NCBI GenBank assembly: GCA_051252135.1
Contig: JBPOGH010000015.1
Location: 32,001 to 96,000 of the forward strand
DNA from: Verrucomicrobiaceae bacterium
Lineage (GTDB): Bacteria; Verrucomicrobiota; Verrucomicrobiia; Verrucomicrobiales; Akkermansiaceae
DNA: 64,000 nucleotides
Direction: 5' to 3'
Part shown: piece after piece, positions 21,318 through 31,255 of the stretch
How the letters are laid out: each line of letters opens with the position of its first letter
How positions within the stretch are numbered: the stretch's first letter is position 1
The notes under the pieces: generated by a model
Seen by the model: only the letters and a program-made list of their open reading frames with translations
The model's database searches: none
Told to the model about the DNA's origin: nothing
Program-made: the position numbers and the translations under genes

Positions 21318-22097
21318 ATGTGGGACCGACTGTCAAAGCTCCTCCGGGGAGATTCCTCCGACCTTCGTGAATGGTTGGAAAACCCCTCGTCGCGCAATCT
21401 CGCCATCTGCGCCCTCACCATCGTCCTCGGCTTTGGCAGCTACGGAATCACCGTCGGCCTCTGGCGCGCCCCTCTCATGGGATTCTACGTCGGGCTCAAA
21501 ATGCCCGCCCTCATCTTCATCACCCTCGCGTGCAACGGCTTCCTCAACGGGATGCTCAGCCTCCTCCTCGGAAGCGGACTCGGCTTCCGCCAATCCATCC
21601 TCGCCCAGCTCCTCAGCTTCGCCGTCGCCGCCCTCATCCTCGGCTCCCTCTCGCCCGTCCTTTTCTTCATGGCCCTCAATGCCCCCGCGCCCGACGCCGC
21701 CAACGCCCACACCGCACACGCCAACTACCTCGTCACCCACACCGTCCTCATCGCCTACGCTGGCGTCATCGCCAATGTCCACCTCGCACGACTCCTCCTC
21801 GCCGTCACCCGCGATCAAAAAATCGCCGCCACCACCCTCGGAGCCTGGCTCGCCGGCAACGCCTTCGTCGGCGCCCAGTTCTCCTGGATTCTCCGCCCCT
21901 TCTTCGGAACCCCCTCTCTCAAAGTCCAGTTCCTCCGCGATGACGCCATGCGCGGCACCTTCTACGAAACCGTCTGGCGCTCACTCGACAAAATCACCGG
22001 CGGCCAACCCGTCATCGCCCTCACCGTCCTCGGCATGGGCCTCGTCCTCCTCCTCAGCCCCCTCTTCAAAACCTTCTCAAACCTCGAACCAAAATAA
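21318..22097 (+). CDS. Multi-pass membrane protein (possibly Yip1-like), paralogue 1
   Basis: ~6 TM segments; GAQFSWILRPFFG motif. Confidence 0.75.
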   Translation: MWDRLSKLLRGDSSDLREWLENPSSRNLAICALTIVLGFGSYGITVGLWRAPLMGFYVGLKMPALIFITLACNGFLNGMLSLLLGSGLGFRQSILAQLLSFAVAALILGSLSPVLFFMALNAPAPDAANAHTAHANYLVTHTVLIAYAGVIANVHLARLLLAVTRDQKIAATTLGAWLAGNAFVGAQFSWILRPFFGTPSLKVQFLRDDAMRGTFYETVWRSLDKITGGQPVIALTVLGMGLVLLLSPLFKTFSNLEPK

Positions 22098-22100
22098 ACC

Positions 22101-22901
22101 ATGACCGATACCAACACCACCCCGCCCGAACTCCCCGAAAAGGAAGACCACTCCACCGCCCCCGTCCTCAACAAAGAGGCCGGAATCATCGAAGTCTTCG
22201 AATGCCTCCTCAAGCACCCGCATTCTCTCATCAACACCATCCGCCACAACGCGAATCCCACCCACCTCATCGCCAAGCTCGCCCTCCTCGCCCTCGGCGG
22301 CTTCCTCATCTTCGGCCTCACCCTCGGCAGCTTCTCCTTCCACGAACAGCTCTGGGCCGCCCCCTTGAAGACCATCCTCGGCCTCACCATCACCTCCATC
22401 ATCTGCCTCCCCAGCCTCTACATCTTCTCCGCCCTCACCGGCACCACCCTCGGAATTAAAGAAATCGTCCAGGGCATGGCCGGATCCCTCGCCCTCATCG
22501 CCGCCCTCCTCCTCGGCTTCACCCCCGTCCTCTGGGTCTTCTCCCAATCAACCTCCTCGGAACCCTTCTTCGGCTTCCTCGTCCTCCTCGCCTGGCTCAT
22601 CGCCCTCTTCTTCGGCACCGGACTCCTCATCAAAATGCTCGATCACACCGGCACCAACAAAAAAGGCCCCCTCCGCATCTGGATCGGCATCTTCCTCCTC
22701 GTCTCCCTCCAAATGTCCACCACCCTCCGCCCCATCATCGGCCGCTCCGACACCCACTTCACCACCGAAAAACGCTTCTTCCTCGAACACTGGTTCAGCG
22801 AAATGGGTGCCCCCCCGGAACAATCCAGGCTCAAAGAAAAACACCAACGGGGAACAGACCGCAACAACCCCACCCAAAATCCCAACCTCAATAACGAATA
22901 A
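22101..22901 (+). CDS. Multi-pass membrane protein (possibly Yip1-like), paralogue 2
   Basis: ~5 TM segments; SLQMSTTLRPIIG motif matches paralogue 1. Confidence 0.75.
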   Translation: MTDTNTTPPELPEKEDHSTAPVLNKEAGIIEVFECLLKHPHSLINTIRHNANPTHLIAKLALLALGGFLIFGLTLGSFSFHEQLWAAPLKTILGLTITSIICLPSLYIFSALTGTTLGIKEIVQGMAGSLALIAALLLGFTPVLWVFSQSTSSEPFFGFLVLLAWLIALFFGTGLLIKMLDHTGTNKKGPLRIWIGIFLLVSLQMSTTLRPIIGRSDTHFTTEKRFFLEHWFSEMGAPPEQSRLKEKHQRGTDRNNPTQNPNLNNE

Positions 22902-22964
22902 CCATTCGCCCAAAATGACCTGATAGAAGATGGATTGAAAATTGTCCCCATCCCCTACGCGAAC

Positions 22965-23276
22965 CCCAAGGACCAAACGCCCGCCGAAACAACGCCTGCT
23001 TCTTCAGCTCCCAAGGACCAAACGCCCGCCGAAACAACGCCTGCTTCTTCAGCTCCCAAAGGCCAAAGACCGCCAGAACAAACCCCGATTCTTCCGCTCC
23101 CAAGGGCCAAAGACCCGCCACAAAGCCCGCTTCTTCAGCTCCCAAGGACCAAACGCCCGCCGAAACAACGCCTGCTTCTTCAGCTCCCAAAGGCCAAAGA
23201 CCCGCCACAAAGCCCGCTTCTTCCGCTCCCAAGGGCCAAAGGCCCGCCATATACCAGCCCAGGGCAACGCCCTGGG
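22965..23276 (+). repeat. Tandem array of six 42-45 bp units ending in an intact REP-like element
   Basis: Units start at 22965, 23010, 23055, 23099, 23141, 23186; last element at 23228 has GGGCC-AAA-GGCCC and CCCAGGGC-AAC-GCCCTGGG hairpins. Confidence 0.9.
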
Positions 23277-23402
23277 ATCCCCCCCTACCCCGGCCAAAGA
23301 GCAAGCCCGGCACCCCGCCCTCCTCTCAACCCACCCGCAGCTCGTCCCAATACATCGACACTGAAAACCAAGCGATCCTCGCCCCACCCCAAAAACGACC
23401 CC

Positions 23403-24236
23403 ATGAGCACCACCCCGCCACCAACCAAATCATCACGGATCCTCTGCGGCCTCCTCGCCCTCTTCCTCTGGCTCATCATCATTGCCCTCATCATCCCCGC
23501 CACCCTCGGCTGCCGACGCGCATCCCACAGAGCCAGAATCATCAACAACATCAAGCAAATCGGTATCGCCCTTTATGACTTCGATTACACCTATGATCAC
23601 TACCCCCAGCCCGGAATCCCCGAAGAACTCCTCCCTCAATATCCTCAAAAAGACCGCACCGATTCAAACTACCTCCTCGGCCAACTCATCGCCGGACAAT
23701 GCACCGACACCGAGCTCATCTTTGAAATGGGCCACTCGACTGGAAGAGAGTTCTTCGCCGACGACATCTTCGAAAAACAAGAAGACATCCTCCGCGCCGG
23801 AGAAAGCGAAGTCATCTACATCAGCGCCATGGGAGACGACCCTCTCTCCTCAGGAAACACAACCAGCGACACCCCCATCGTCCTCGCCCTCGCCAATCCC
23901 GGCACCACCACCTTCGACACAAAATATCTGCGAGGAGAAGCCGTCTACCTCCGGGGCGACAGCTCCGTGGCCCTAACCAAACTCAACAAAAACGGACTCC
24001 CTCTCCTCAAAGGCCAAGGACAGAAAACCCTCTTCGACACCGGCCCCGACACCATCTGGGGCGATGCAAAACCCCAAATCCACTACCCCTTGCCCTACCC
24101 CGCTAAAACCACCTCCCCCGACGCACCGCGATTTTTCCGATCCAAACAATTTCAATTGTTCATTATTCTCGGAGCTCCCATTGTTCTCTTCTACCTCATC
24201 TGCCGCCTCGATGACCTCGTCAGGCGCCAATCGTAA
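23403..24236 (+). CDS. Type II secretion/pseudopilin-like protein (DUF1559-like N-terminus)
   Basis: Hydrophobic helix, then RARIINNIKQIGIALYDF...YP; GEAVYLRGDSSV; extra C-terminal TM. Confidence 0.65.
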   Translation: MSTTPPPTKSSRILCGLLALFLWLIIIALIIPATLGCRRASHRARIINNIKQIGIALYDFDYTYDHYPQPGIPEELLPQYPQKDRTDSNYLLGQLIAGQCTDTELIFEMGHSTGREFFADDIFEKQEDILRAGESEVIYISAMGDDPLSSGNTTSDTPIVLALANPGTTTFDTKYLRGEAVYLRGDSSVALTKLNKNGLPLLKGQGQKTLFDTGPDTIWGDAKPQIHYPLPYPAKTTSPDAPRFFRSKQFQLFIILGAPIVLFYLICRLDDLVRRQS

Positions 24237-24310
24237 AATCCCCTCTCAAATAACCCTCCCAACCCCAAAAACACCCCGAATTTCACCTCAAAAGGTTTTC
24301 TCCTAGAAAC

Positions 24311-24326
24311 TGGCACGGCAGTTGCT
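24311..24326 (+). promoter_or_regulatory. Sigma-54 (-24/-12) promoter of the PII gene
   Basis: TGGCAC-GGCAG-TTGCT, exact consensus spacing, ~30 nt upstream of ATG. Confidence 0.8.
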
Positions 24327-24346
24327 ACCTTTCGGGCAGACCTTAA

Positions 24347-24703
<357 letters not shown>

Positions 24704-24727
24704 GCTCCAGGACTTCAATCTCTTTCC

Positions 24728-24764
24728 AAAAAGCCGCCTCCTTCACCGGATGCGGCTTTTTTTT
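24728..24764 (+). terminator. Rho-independent terminator after glnB
   Basis: AAAAGCCGC...GCGGCTTTTTTTT. Confidence 0.8.
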
Positions 24765-24778
24765 GTCCCATCTCCCCA

Positions 24779-25012
24779 CAACCAAGCCCCTCCCCCGGAA
24801 AAATCCGCGTCAATCCGCCCAATCTGCGGATACTCACCCCCTCAACCAGGCATCCCCTCCATCCTGTCCATTTGCCTTGCGGCTATTTGTCTTCGACCAT
24901 CTCCGCTTTGCTCCGGTTCCACTGCGTTCCGGTTGCGGTTGAAAAACTCCTCAATCAGGCCCCTCAACCAAGCAATTCCTAATCCCTAATCCCTAATTCT
25001 AGATTCCTAATC
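24779..25012 (+). repeat. Composite repeat mosaic with CAACCAAG linkers
   Basis: CAACCAAG at 24779 and 24965, CAACCAGG at 24843; AATCCGCGTC-AATCCGCCC-AATCTGCG; TCCATCCTGTCCAT (shared with ~2263); CCCTAAT heptamers. Confidence 0.7.
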
Positions 25013-25017
25013 CCCCC

Positions 25018-25248
25018 CTATCCAAGATCCTCAGCCGTCACCCCACGCTGCTCGCGGGTTCCCAGCTCAAGCGCCTGATCCACCACCCGCTCCGGATCGC
25101 CGTCGAACCGATAGCCGTGACAGTTGGGGCAAATCACCACATCACTCACCACAATGGAATCACATCCCTCGCACACCTTGTAGGCGACAGGGTTACTCGC
25201 AATCTGCTTCGCCTTCTCCAGGCGGGCTTGTTGGGTCTGATCGGGCAT
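25018..25248 (-). CDS. Small hypothetical protein with two CxxC motifs
   Basis: YKVCEGCDSIV...CPNCHGYRF. Confidence 0.7.
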   Translation of the reverse strand: MPDQTQQARLEKAKQIASNPVAYKVCEGCDSIVVSDVVICPNCHGYRFDGDPERVVDQALELGTREQRGVTAEDLG

Positions 25249-25266
25249 TGCTGGAAGGGTAGAGAT

Positions 25267-25308
25267 GAAAAAAGCCAAGAGGTTGAACCTCCTGGCTTTA
25301 AAAAAATA
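25267..25308 (-). terminator. Terminator after rpsT
   Basis: AAAAAAGCCAAGAGGTTGAACCTCCTGGCTTT hairpin with A/T tails. Confidence 0.7.
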
Positions 25309-25323
25309 ATAAAGCAGGAGTGC

Positions 25324-25584
25324 TTAGGCAGGCTTGATCGCCTTGTTCGTGCGGCTCTTCATGTTCGCTGCCTTGTTGTCCTTAAGAACGTTACGCTTGG
25401 CTGCTTTGTCAACTGCGGAAGAAAACTCGCTGAATGCCTTGCGGGCTTCCTCGTTGTTTCCACCCTCTGCAGCAGCAAGGGTCTTCTTCTGAAGAGTCTT
25501 GATCTCGCTCTTGATGGAACGATTCCGGGCAGTACGTTTTTCGGTCTGACGTACGCGCTTTTCTGCTGACTTGCTATTGGCCAT
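25324..25584 (-). CDS. rpsT: 30S ribosomal protein S20
   Basis: MANSKSAEKRVRQTEKRTARNRSIKS...VDKAAKRNVLKDNKAA. Confidence 0.95.
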   Translation of the reverse strand: MANSKSAEKRVRQTEKRTARNRSIKSEIKTLQKKTLAAAEGGNNEEARKAFSEFSSAVDKAAKRNVLKDNKAANMKSRTNKAIKPA

Positions 25585-25702
25585 AATTAAATCCGCCGGT
25601 TGGGCGGACCGGAAACCTAGGGAATTCCGCTCACCTGTCAAGTTTCAGTGCTCGAAAAAAATTCCCATCGCAGGATCGCTCTCCATGTGGAAAACTATCC
25701 CC

Positions 25703-26506
25703 ATGAAATCAAGGCTCCTTCTTACCCTCCTTTTGGTCGCCAATCCCTTATTGGCACAGGATAAACCGGAAATCCCCGAGGATCTCCTCGATGACGAACA
25801 CTTCCGCACCGAAAGCGGCCTCAATGAGTTCACCGTCCCCTCCATCGCCAAGGTCTTCGACGAATTGGAGAAAATCTCGCCCCTCTCCTACACTTCGGAC
25901 CACCTGAAGCGGCACGAACGCCTCCCCCTCGACCGCTCCAAGCTCGCCCTCCGCCTAGGAACCCTCATCGCCGATGGCTTCATCGCCGTCCAGACCGGAC
26001 ACTCCGATGACGTCCCCACCATCGCTTCCCACCTCTCCCGCTACGCCAAGGCCCTCGGTGCCGGCGAGCGCATCAAACGCCACGCCGCGGCCCTTCTCGA
26101 CCACGCCAAGGCCAAAGACCTCGATAAACTCAAGGAAGCCCTTGCCGCCACCCAACGCGATGTCGAACGCGAGCTCGTCAGCCTCCGCGATCCCGATCTC
26201 GCCCACCTCATCTCCCTCGGCGGCTGGCTTCAGGCACTCGAGGCCGGCTCCACCGCCGTAGATAAGAAATTCACCGAAGACCGCGCCCGTGCCCTCTTCC
26301 GGGAAGACATTGCCGACTACTACACCGAATCCGTAGGCTCCCTAAACCCCGAGATCAGCGAACTCCCTCACATCAAACAAATGCGCGATTTCCTCTCCGG
26401 CCTCCGCAATGCCATGGCCTTAAAAGAAGATGCCAAGCCCACCCCGGAAGGCGTCAAAGAGATCATGGAAGTCGCCACCAAGCTCGCAACCTTCGCCCGT
26501 CAGTAA
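25703..26506 (+). CDS. Exported hypothetical protein
   Basis: Signal peptide MKSRLLLTLLLVANPLLAQ; helical-looking sequence; host-like codon usage. Confidence 0.75.
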   Translation: MKSRLLLTLLLVANPLLAQDKPEIPEDLLDDEHFRTESGLNEFTVPSIAKVFDELEKISPLSYTSDHLKRHERLPLDRSKLALRLGTLIADGFIAVQTGHSDDVPTIASHLSRYAKALGAGERIKRHAAALLDHAKAKDLDKLKEALAATQRDVERELVSLRDPDLAHLISLGGWLQALEAGSTAVDKKFTEDRARALFREDIADYYTESVGSLNPEISELPHIKQMRDFLSGLRNAMALKEDAKPTPEGVKEIMEVATKLATFARQ

Positions 26507-26512
26507 CACATC

Positions 26513-28174
26513 ATGACTCTCCTCCTCGGACTCGGAATCATCGGGTCACGCAGCGCCGATCAGCTCACCGCCGCCAACATCCCCCTCAAAACCTGGAACC
26601 GCACCCCCAAGGATCGCCCCGATTCGGTCGATGATCCCGCACAGGCCGCCGCAGACGCCGATGTCATCGTCTGCTACCTCATGGATGAAAAGGCCGTCCG
26701 CGAGGTCTTCACCCGCATCGCCCCCTCTCTCACCGAAGGAAAAACCTTCATCAACCACGCCACCATCGACGTCGACACCACCCTCTGGCTCGACCAACAG
26801 TGCCGTGACCTCGGCTGTGACTTCCTCGATTGCCCCTTCACCGGCTCCCGTGACGCCGCCACCGGCGGAAATCTCGTCTACTACGTCTCCGGCGATCCCG
26901 CAGTCGTCGAAAAACACCGCCCCCTCCTCGAAATCACTTCCCGTGAAATCGTCTTCCTCGGCCCCCCACCGGCCGCCACCGTCGTAAAAATCACCACCAA
27001 TCACGTCACCGCCTCCGTCGTCCAGGCCATGACCGAAGCCGTCGAGATTTCCCGCCGCTACGGCGTCGACCCCCGCGCCTGGCATGAAGCCGCCAAGCTC
27101 AACGGCTGCTACGCCGGAGCCATCGGCATGAAAATCCCCACCCTTCTCGAAGGCGACTACACCCCGCACTTCTCCGCCAAGAACATGCTCAAGGATGTCA
27201 CCTACTCGCGGCATCTCGCCAAACAGTCCGGGGTCAAAACTCCCGTCGCCAACCGCGTCGGAGCACAACTCCGCTCTGCCGAAGGCGAGCTTCAGGAAAA
27301 GGACTTCTCCGTCATCCAACTCGCCCAGCAAGGCCACCCCGAGTTTCCAAAAATCATCAACCTCTCCCCGCGTGGCATCATCCGCGTCACCGGACCGGAT
27401 GCCAAACGCTTCCTCAACGGGCAAATTTCAAATGACGTCGCCCTCACCGACTCCGGAGACTCCATCGCCGCCTGCGTCCTGAATATGAAAGGCCAACTCG
27501 AAGCCTTCATTCGCGTCATGCAGCACGAGGGCACCTACTACCTCGATACCGAACTCTCCCAAAAAGACGTCCTCCTGCAACGCCTCGACCGCTACCTCAT
27601 CGCAGACGATGTCGAACTGACCGATGTCTCCACCGACTTCCACCTCGTCCACAGCCGCAGCCAAAGCATTACCGACAAAGGAGCTGTCTCCGCCCGCTCG
27701 AACCGCTTCGGCATCGTCGCCTTCGACACCCTCATCCCGGTGAAGGTAAGCCAATACGGCCCCTGGCGCTTCGCCCGCCGAGAGATCGAATCCTACCGCA
27801 TCCTCAACGGCATCCCCAAATGGCCCAACGAGCTCTTCCCCGGACTCCTTCCGCCCGAAGCCGGACTCGAGGAATCCGCCGTTTCCTACACCAAAGGCTG
27901 CTACACCGGACAGGAGGTCATCTCCCGCATGAAGCGCGCCGGCAAGGTCAACCGCAAGCTCGTCAAACTCACCCTCGACAAACCCCTCATCCCCACCAAG
28001 TCCCTCCTTCAGGTCGATGGAAAAGAAGCCGGAATCATCACCTCCGTCGCCGCCATCGCCCCCGATCAGGAAATCGCCCTCGGCTACCTCAAACGCAAGT
28101 TCGAGGACGCCACCGAATTCCAGATCGCCTCCCCCTACAACGGCGACATCATCGGAAGTGCCACCCTCCGCTAG
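26513..28174 (+). CDS. Fusion of NAD(P)-dependent beta-hydroxyacid dehydrogenase-like domain and YgfZ/GcvT folate-binding domain
   Basis: N-half GLGIIG, WNRT, FLDCPFTGS, VVKITTN; C-half IRVTGPDAKRFLNGQISND and YgfZ signature KGCYTGQE. Confidence 0.85.
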   Translation: MTLLLGLGIIGSRSADQLTAANIPLKTWNRTPKDRPDSVDDPAQAAADADVIVCYLMDEKAVREVFTRIAPSLTEGKTFINHATIDVDTTLWLDQQCRDLGCDFLDCPFTGSRDAATGGNLVYYVSGDPAVVEKHRPLLEITSREIVFLGPPPAATVVKITTNHVTASVVQAMTEAVEISRRYGVDPRAWHEAAKLNGCYAGAIGMKIPTLLEGDYTPHFSAKNMLKDVTYSRHLAKQSGVKTPVANRVGAQLRSAEGELQEKDFSVIQLAQQGHPEFPKIINLSPRGIIRVTGPDAKRFLNGQISNDVALTDSGDSIAACVLNMKGQLEAFIRVMQHEGTYYLDTELSQKDVLLQRLDRYLIADDVELTDVSTDFHLVHSRSQSITDKGAVSARSNRFGIVAFDTLIPVKVSQYGPWRFARREIESYRILNGIPKWPNELFPGLLPPEAGLEESAVSYTKGCYTGQEVISRMKRAGKVNRKLVKLTLDKPLIPTKSLLQVDGKEAGIITSVAAIAPDQEIALGYLKRKFEDATEFQIASPYNGDIIGSATLR

Positions 28175-28177
28175 TGC

Positions 28178-28741
28178 TCACATCTCCAGAAAATTCCGCA
28201 GGATCTGCTTCCCCGAGTTCGTCAAAATCGACTCCGGGTGAAACTGCACCCCGTGCACATTGTGCTCCTTGTGCTTCAGCCCCATAATAATCCCATCCTC
28301 CGTCCACGCCGTCACTTCCAGACAATCCGGCAGCGTCTCCTTTTTCACGATCAGCGAGTGATACCGCGTCGCCTCAAAGGGATTATCAAGCCCCTTAAAA
28401 ACACTCTTCCCCTCGTGATGGATCATCGAGGTCTTCCCGTGCATCAGCGTCTCCGCCCGCACCACCTCACCACCATAAACCTGCCCGATCGACTGATGCC
28501 CCAGGCACACTCCAAACACCGGAATGCTCGAACCAAAGGCCTCAATCACATCACAAGAAATCCCAGCCTCATTCGGCGTGCACGGTCCCGGCGACACACA
28601 AATCCGTGATGGATTCAAATCACGAAGCTCATCCACGCTGATCGCATCATTGCGCAGCACCTTCATCTCCGCCCCCAACTCGCCAAAATATTGGACCAAA
28701 TTGTAGGTGAAGGAATCGTAGTTATCGATGACGACTAACAT
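28178..28741 (-). CDS. trpG: Anthranilate/aminodeoxychorismate synthase component II (glutamine amidotransferase)
   Basis: [33 protein letters not shown]; overlaps trpE. Confidence 0.92.
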   Translation of the reverse strand: MLVVIDNYDSFTYNLVQYFGELGAEMKVLRNDAISVDELRDLNPSRICVSPGPCTPNEAGISCDVIEAFGSSIPVFGVCLGHQSIGQVYGGEVVRAETLMHGKTSMIHHEGKSVFKGLDNPFEATRYHSLIVKKETLPDCLEVTAWTEDGIIMGLKHKEHNVHGVQFHPESILTNSGKQILRNFLEM

Positions 28742-30270
28742 GACTTGCCCAGGGTTTTGGCCAACCCAACCGCCCGCATCATTGCCGCAGCCTTGTTGAC
28801 CGTTTCATTGTATTCATACGTCGGATTGCTATCCGCCACCACTCCCGCACCCGCCTGAATGTAGACTTTCCCGTCTTTCATCAGGCATGTCCGCAGCGCG
28901 ATGCACGAATCGTGATTCCCGTCCCACGCAAAATATCCCACCGCTCCCGAATAGGAACCACGCTTATTCTTCTCCAGACTGTTAATGATCTGCATCGCCC
29001 GAATCTTCGGCGCCCCGCTCACCGTCCCCGCCGGAAAAGTCGATCGCAGCACATCGTAACTCGTGTGCTTCGGATCCAGCTTCCCGCTCACATTGGAAAC
29101 AATGTGCATCACGTGGCTGTACCGCTCCACGATCATCATATCGTCCACACTCACACTCCCGTTCTGGGAAATCCGTCCCACATCGTTGCGCGCCAGATCA
29201 ATCAGCATGACATGCTCGGCACACTCCTTTTCATCGGCCAAAAGATCAGCCGCCAGCGCATCATCCTCCTCTGGCGTCTTCCCCCTCCAGCGCGTTCCCG
29301 CGATCGGACGGATATCAATCTTCCCGTCAACCGCACGCACATGCACCTCCGGCGAACTCCCCACCAAAGAAAAGTCCGGAGTCTGGTAAATGAACATGTA
29401 AGGCGACGGATTGATGTGCCGCAGCGCCCGATAAAGATCCACCGCATCCCCGTCAAAATCCGCCTCAAAGCGCTGACTCGGCACCACCTGGAACGCATCC
29501 CCCGCCGCAATGTAATCCTTCGCCTTCAGCACCATCGCCTCATACTCCTCCTGCGAGGTATTGCTTCGCGGTTCCGGTGCTTCAATCTCCGCCAGCCCGT
29601 TCAAGGGCGGCACATGCAGCGGACGGTCCAACGAAGCAATCACCGCCTCGATCCGTCCCCGCGCCGTCGCATAAGCCTCCTCCGGACTCTCATGCTCATC
29701 CAGCAAGGCATTGGAAACCACCAACAGCCGCCGCAACTTGTGGTCAAACACCACCAACGTATCCGCTAAAAAGAAAATCGACTCCGGGAGCCCCAAATCA
29801 TCCTCCGGCGAATCTCCTACCGCCGGCTCAAATTGCTGCACCGCATCGTACCCCACATAACCCACCGCTCCGCCAAAGAACGGAGGGGCATCACCATGCG
29901 TCACCGGCTTGTATCCCGCCATCAGACGCTCCACCTCATCCAGCACATCACCCTCACGAGCCCGCCTCTCAACCTCCGCACCCCGCTGAATCGTCACCTC
30001 ATCCCCCTTCGACACAAAAATCCACTTCGGCTGGCTCCCCACAATCGACCACCGACCACTCGCATCCGTGCTCTCCGCACTCTCAAAAAGGAAAGCATGC
30101 TTCCCATCCCGTAGTTTTAAATAAGCCGATACCGGAGTTTCAAAATCCGCCGCCAGTTGCGCGTATACCGGCACAACATTCCCGGCTTTTGCCAATCCGG
30201 CAAACTCCTCCACACTTGGTCTGACTGGAACCTCACTCACGCGGCCCGCAGTCTGCCTATCCCCACCCAT
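28735..30270 (-). CDS. trpE: Anthranilate synthase component I
   Basis: [44 protein letters not shown]. Confidence 0.93.
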   Translation of the reverse strand: MGGDRQTAGRVSEVPVRPSVEEFAGLAKAGNVVPVYAQLAADFETPVSAYLKLRDGKHAFLFESAESTDASGRWSIVGSQPKWIFVSKGDEVTIQRGAEVERRAREGDVLDEVERLMAGYKPVTHGDAPPFFGGAVGYVGYDAVQQFEPAVGDSPEDDLGLPESIFFLADTLVVFDHKLRRLLVVSNALLDEHESPEEAYATARGRIEAVIASLDRPLHVPPLNGLAEIEAPEPRSNTSQEEYEAMVLKAKDYIAAGDAFQVVPSQRFEADFDGDAVDLYRALRHINPSPYMFIYQTPDFSLVGSSPEVHVRAVDGKIDIRPIAGTRWRGKTPEEDDALAADLLADEKECAEHVMLIDLARNDVGRISQNGSVSVDDMMIVERYSHVMHIVSNVSGKLDPKHTSYDVLRSTFPAGTVSGAPKIRAMQIINSLEKNKRGSYSGAVGYFAWDGNHDSCIALRTCLMKDGKVYIQAGAGVVADSNPTYEYNETVNKAAAMMRAVGLAKTLGKSC

Positions 30271-30293
30271 GAGGCAATCCGAAAGACAGTTCC

Positions 30294-31109
30294 CTACCCA
30301 CCAAATAACTCCCCGTAAAACGCCGGGTCCGGCTCAGGCACCAGATCATGCCACGCCGACACCTCATTCTGGGCCGCACAACAAACCTCCAGTTCGCAAT
30401 TTCCTCCCACCCGGTCCTGCACCACCCCAATCGCCACCTCCGGCGTATTGCAGTCGCTGCTCAGATGTCCTAAAATCACCTTCCGCAAGCCCGCAGGCAC
30501 CAGCTCCGCAATCAAATCCGCCGCCTGCTCATTCGACAAATGCCCGTGTTGCGACGAAATCCGCTGCTTCGTGCTAAACGGCCTCTTCGTATCCGCATCC
30601 AGCAACTTCCACTCATAATTCGCCTCCAACACGAGCCCCGCCACCCCCTTCAACGCCTCCAGCACCGCCGCATCCACATGCCCCAGGTCCGTCGCCACCC
30701 CCATCCGGTAATCCCCTTGGGAAATCACATAACCCACCGGCTCCACCGCATCATGCGGCAGCGCAAAGGTCGTCAGCTCAAAACCCTCCCATTCAAAACA
30801 CTGACCACTCTCAAAAGACACCCAATCCGCCTGCGCCCGCAGCCCCTCCTGCACCACCCGTCCCGTCATGATGCTCGCCACCACCGGCACCCGCCACTTC
30901 TTCAGGAACACATCAAGCCCCCGCGTGTGATCTCCATGCTCATGCGTCAGCAGTATCCCCGTCAGCATCGACGGACACACCCCGAGCGCCTCCAGGCGCA
31001 ATCCCAGCTGCTTCGCACTCAAGCCCGCATCAATCAGAAGATACTTCCCCTGACACTCGACCACCGTCGAATTGCCACCACTTCCACTTCCCAGCACTGC
31101 AAATCGCAT
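30294..31109 (-). CDS. MBL-fold metallo-hydrolase (YycJ/WalJ-like)
   Basis: LGSGSGGN, THEHGDH, PHDAVEP, GHLSN, GHLSSDCN. Confidence 0.88.
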   Translation of the reverse strand: MRFAVLGSGSGGNSTVVECQGKYLLIDAGLSAKQLGLRLEALGVCPSMLTGILLTHEHGDHTRGLDVFLKKWRVPVVASIMTGRVVQEGLRAQADWVSFESGQCFEWEGFELTTFALPHDAVEPVGYVISQGDYRMGVATDLGHVDAAVLEALKGVAGLVLEANYEWKLLDADTKRPFSTKQRISSQHGHLSNEQAADLIAELVPAGLRKVILGHLSSDCNTPEVAIGVVQDRVGGNCELEVCCAAQNEVSAWHDLVPEPDPAFYGELFGG

Positions 31110-31255
31110 CTGGCCCAAGAAATGCACTCCAAAACCCTGAAAGGCAATCTTTTCAGTTTTCCACTAAACGTCTGGACGGAACCACTTTTCAGTCCTATGA
31201 GCCGCTCGCGGGAACTTTTCAAAAGCCCCCTAATCAACACCACATCAACATTCTC

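Noticed and set aside
22965..23276. Possible CRISPR array
   Set aside because: Units are contiguous tandem copies with no unique spacers, and no cas genes are present
22935..23402. N-terminal 156 aa of the 433-aa ORF
   Set aside because: It is a translation of the tandem repeat; the family-like sequence begins at ATG 23403
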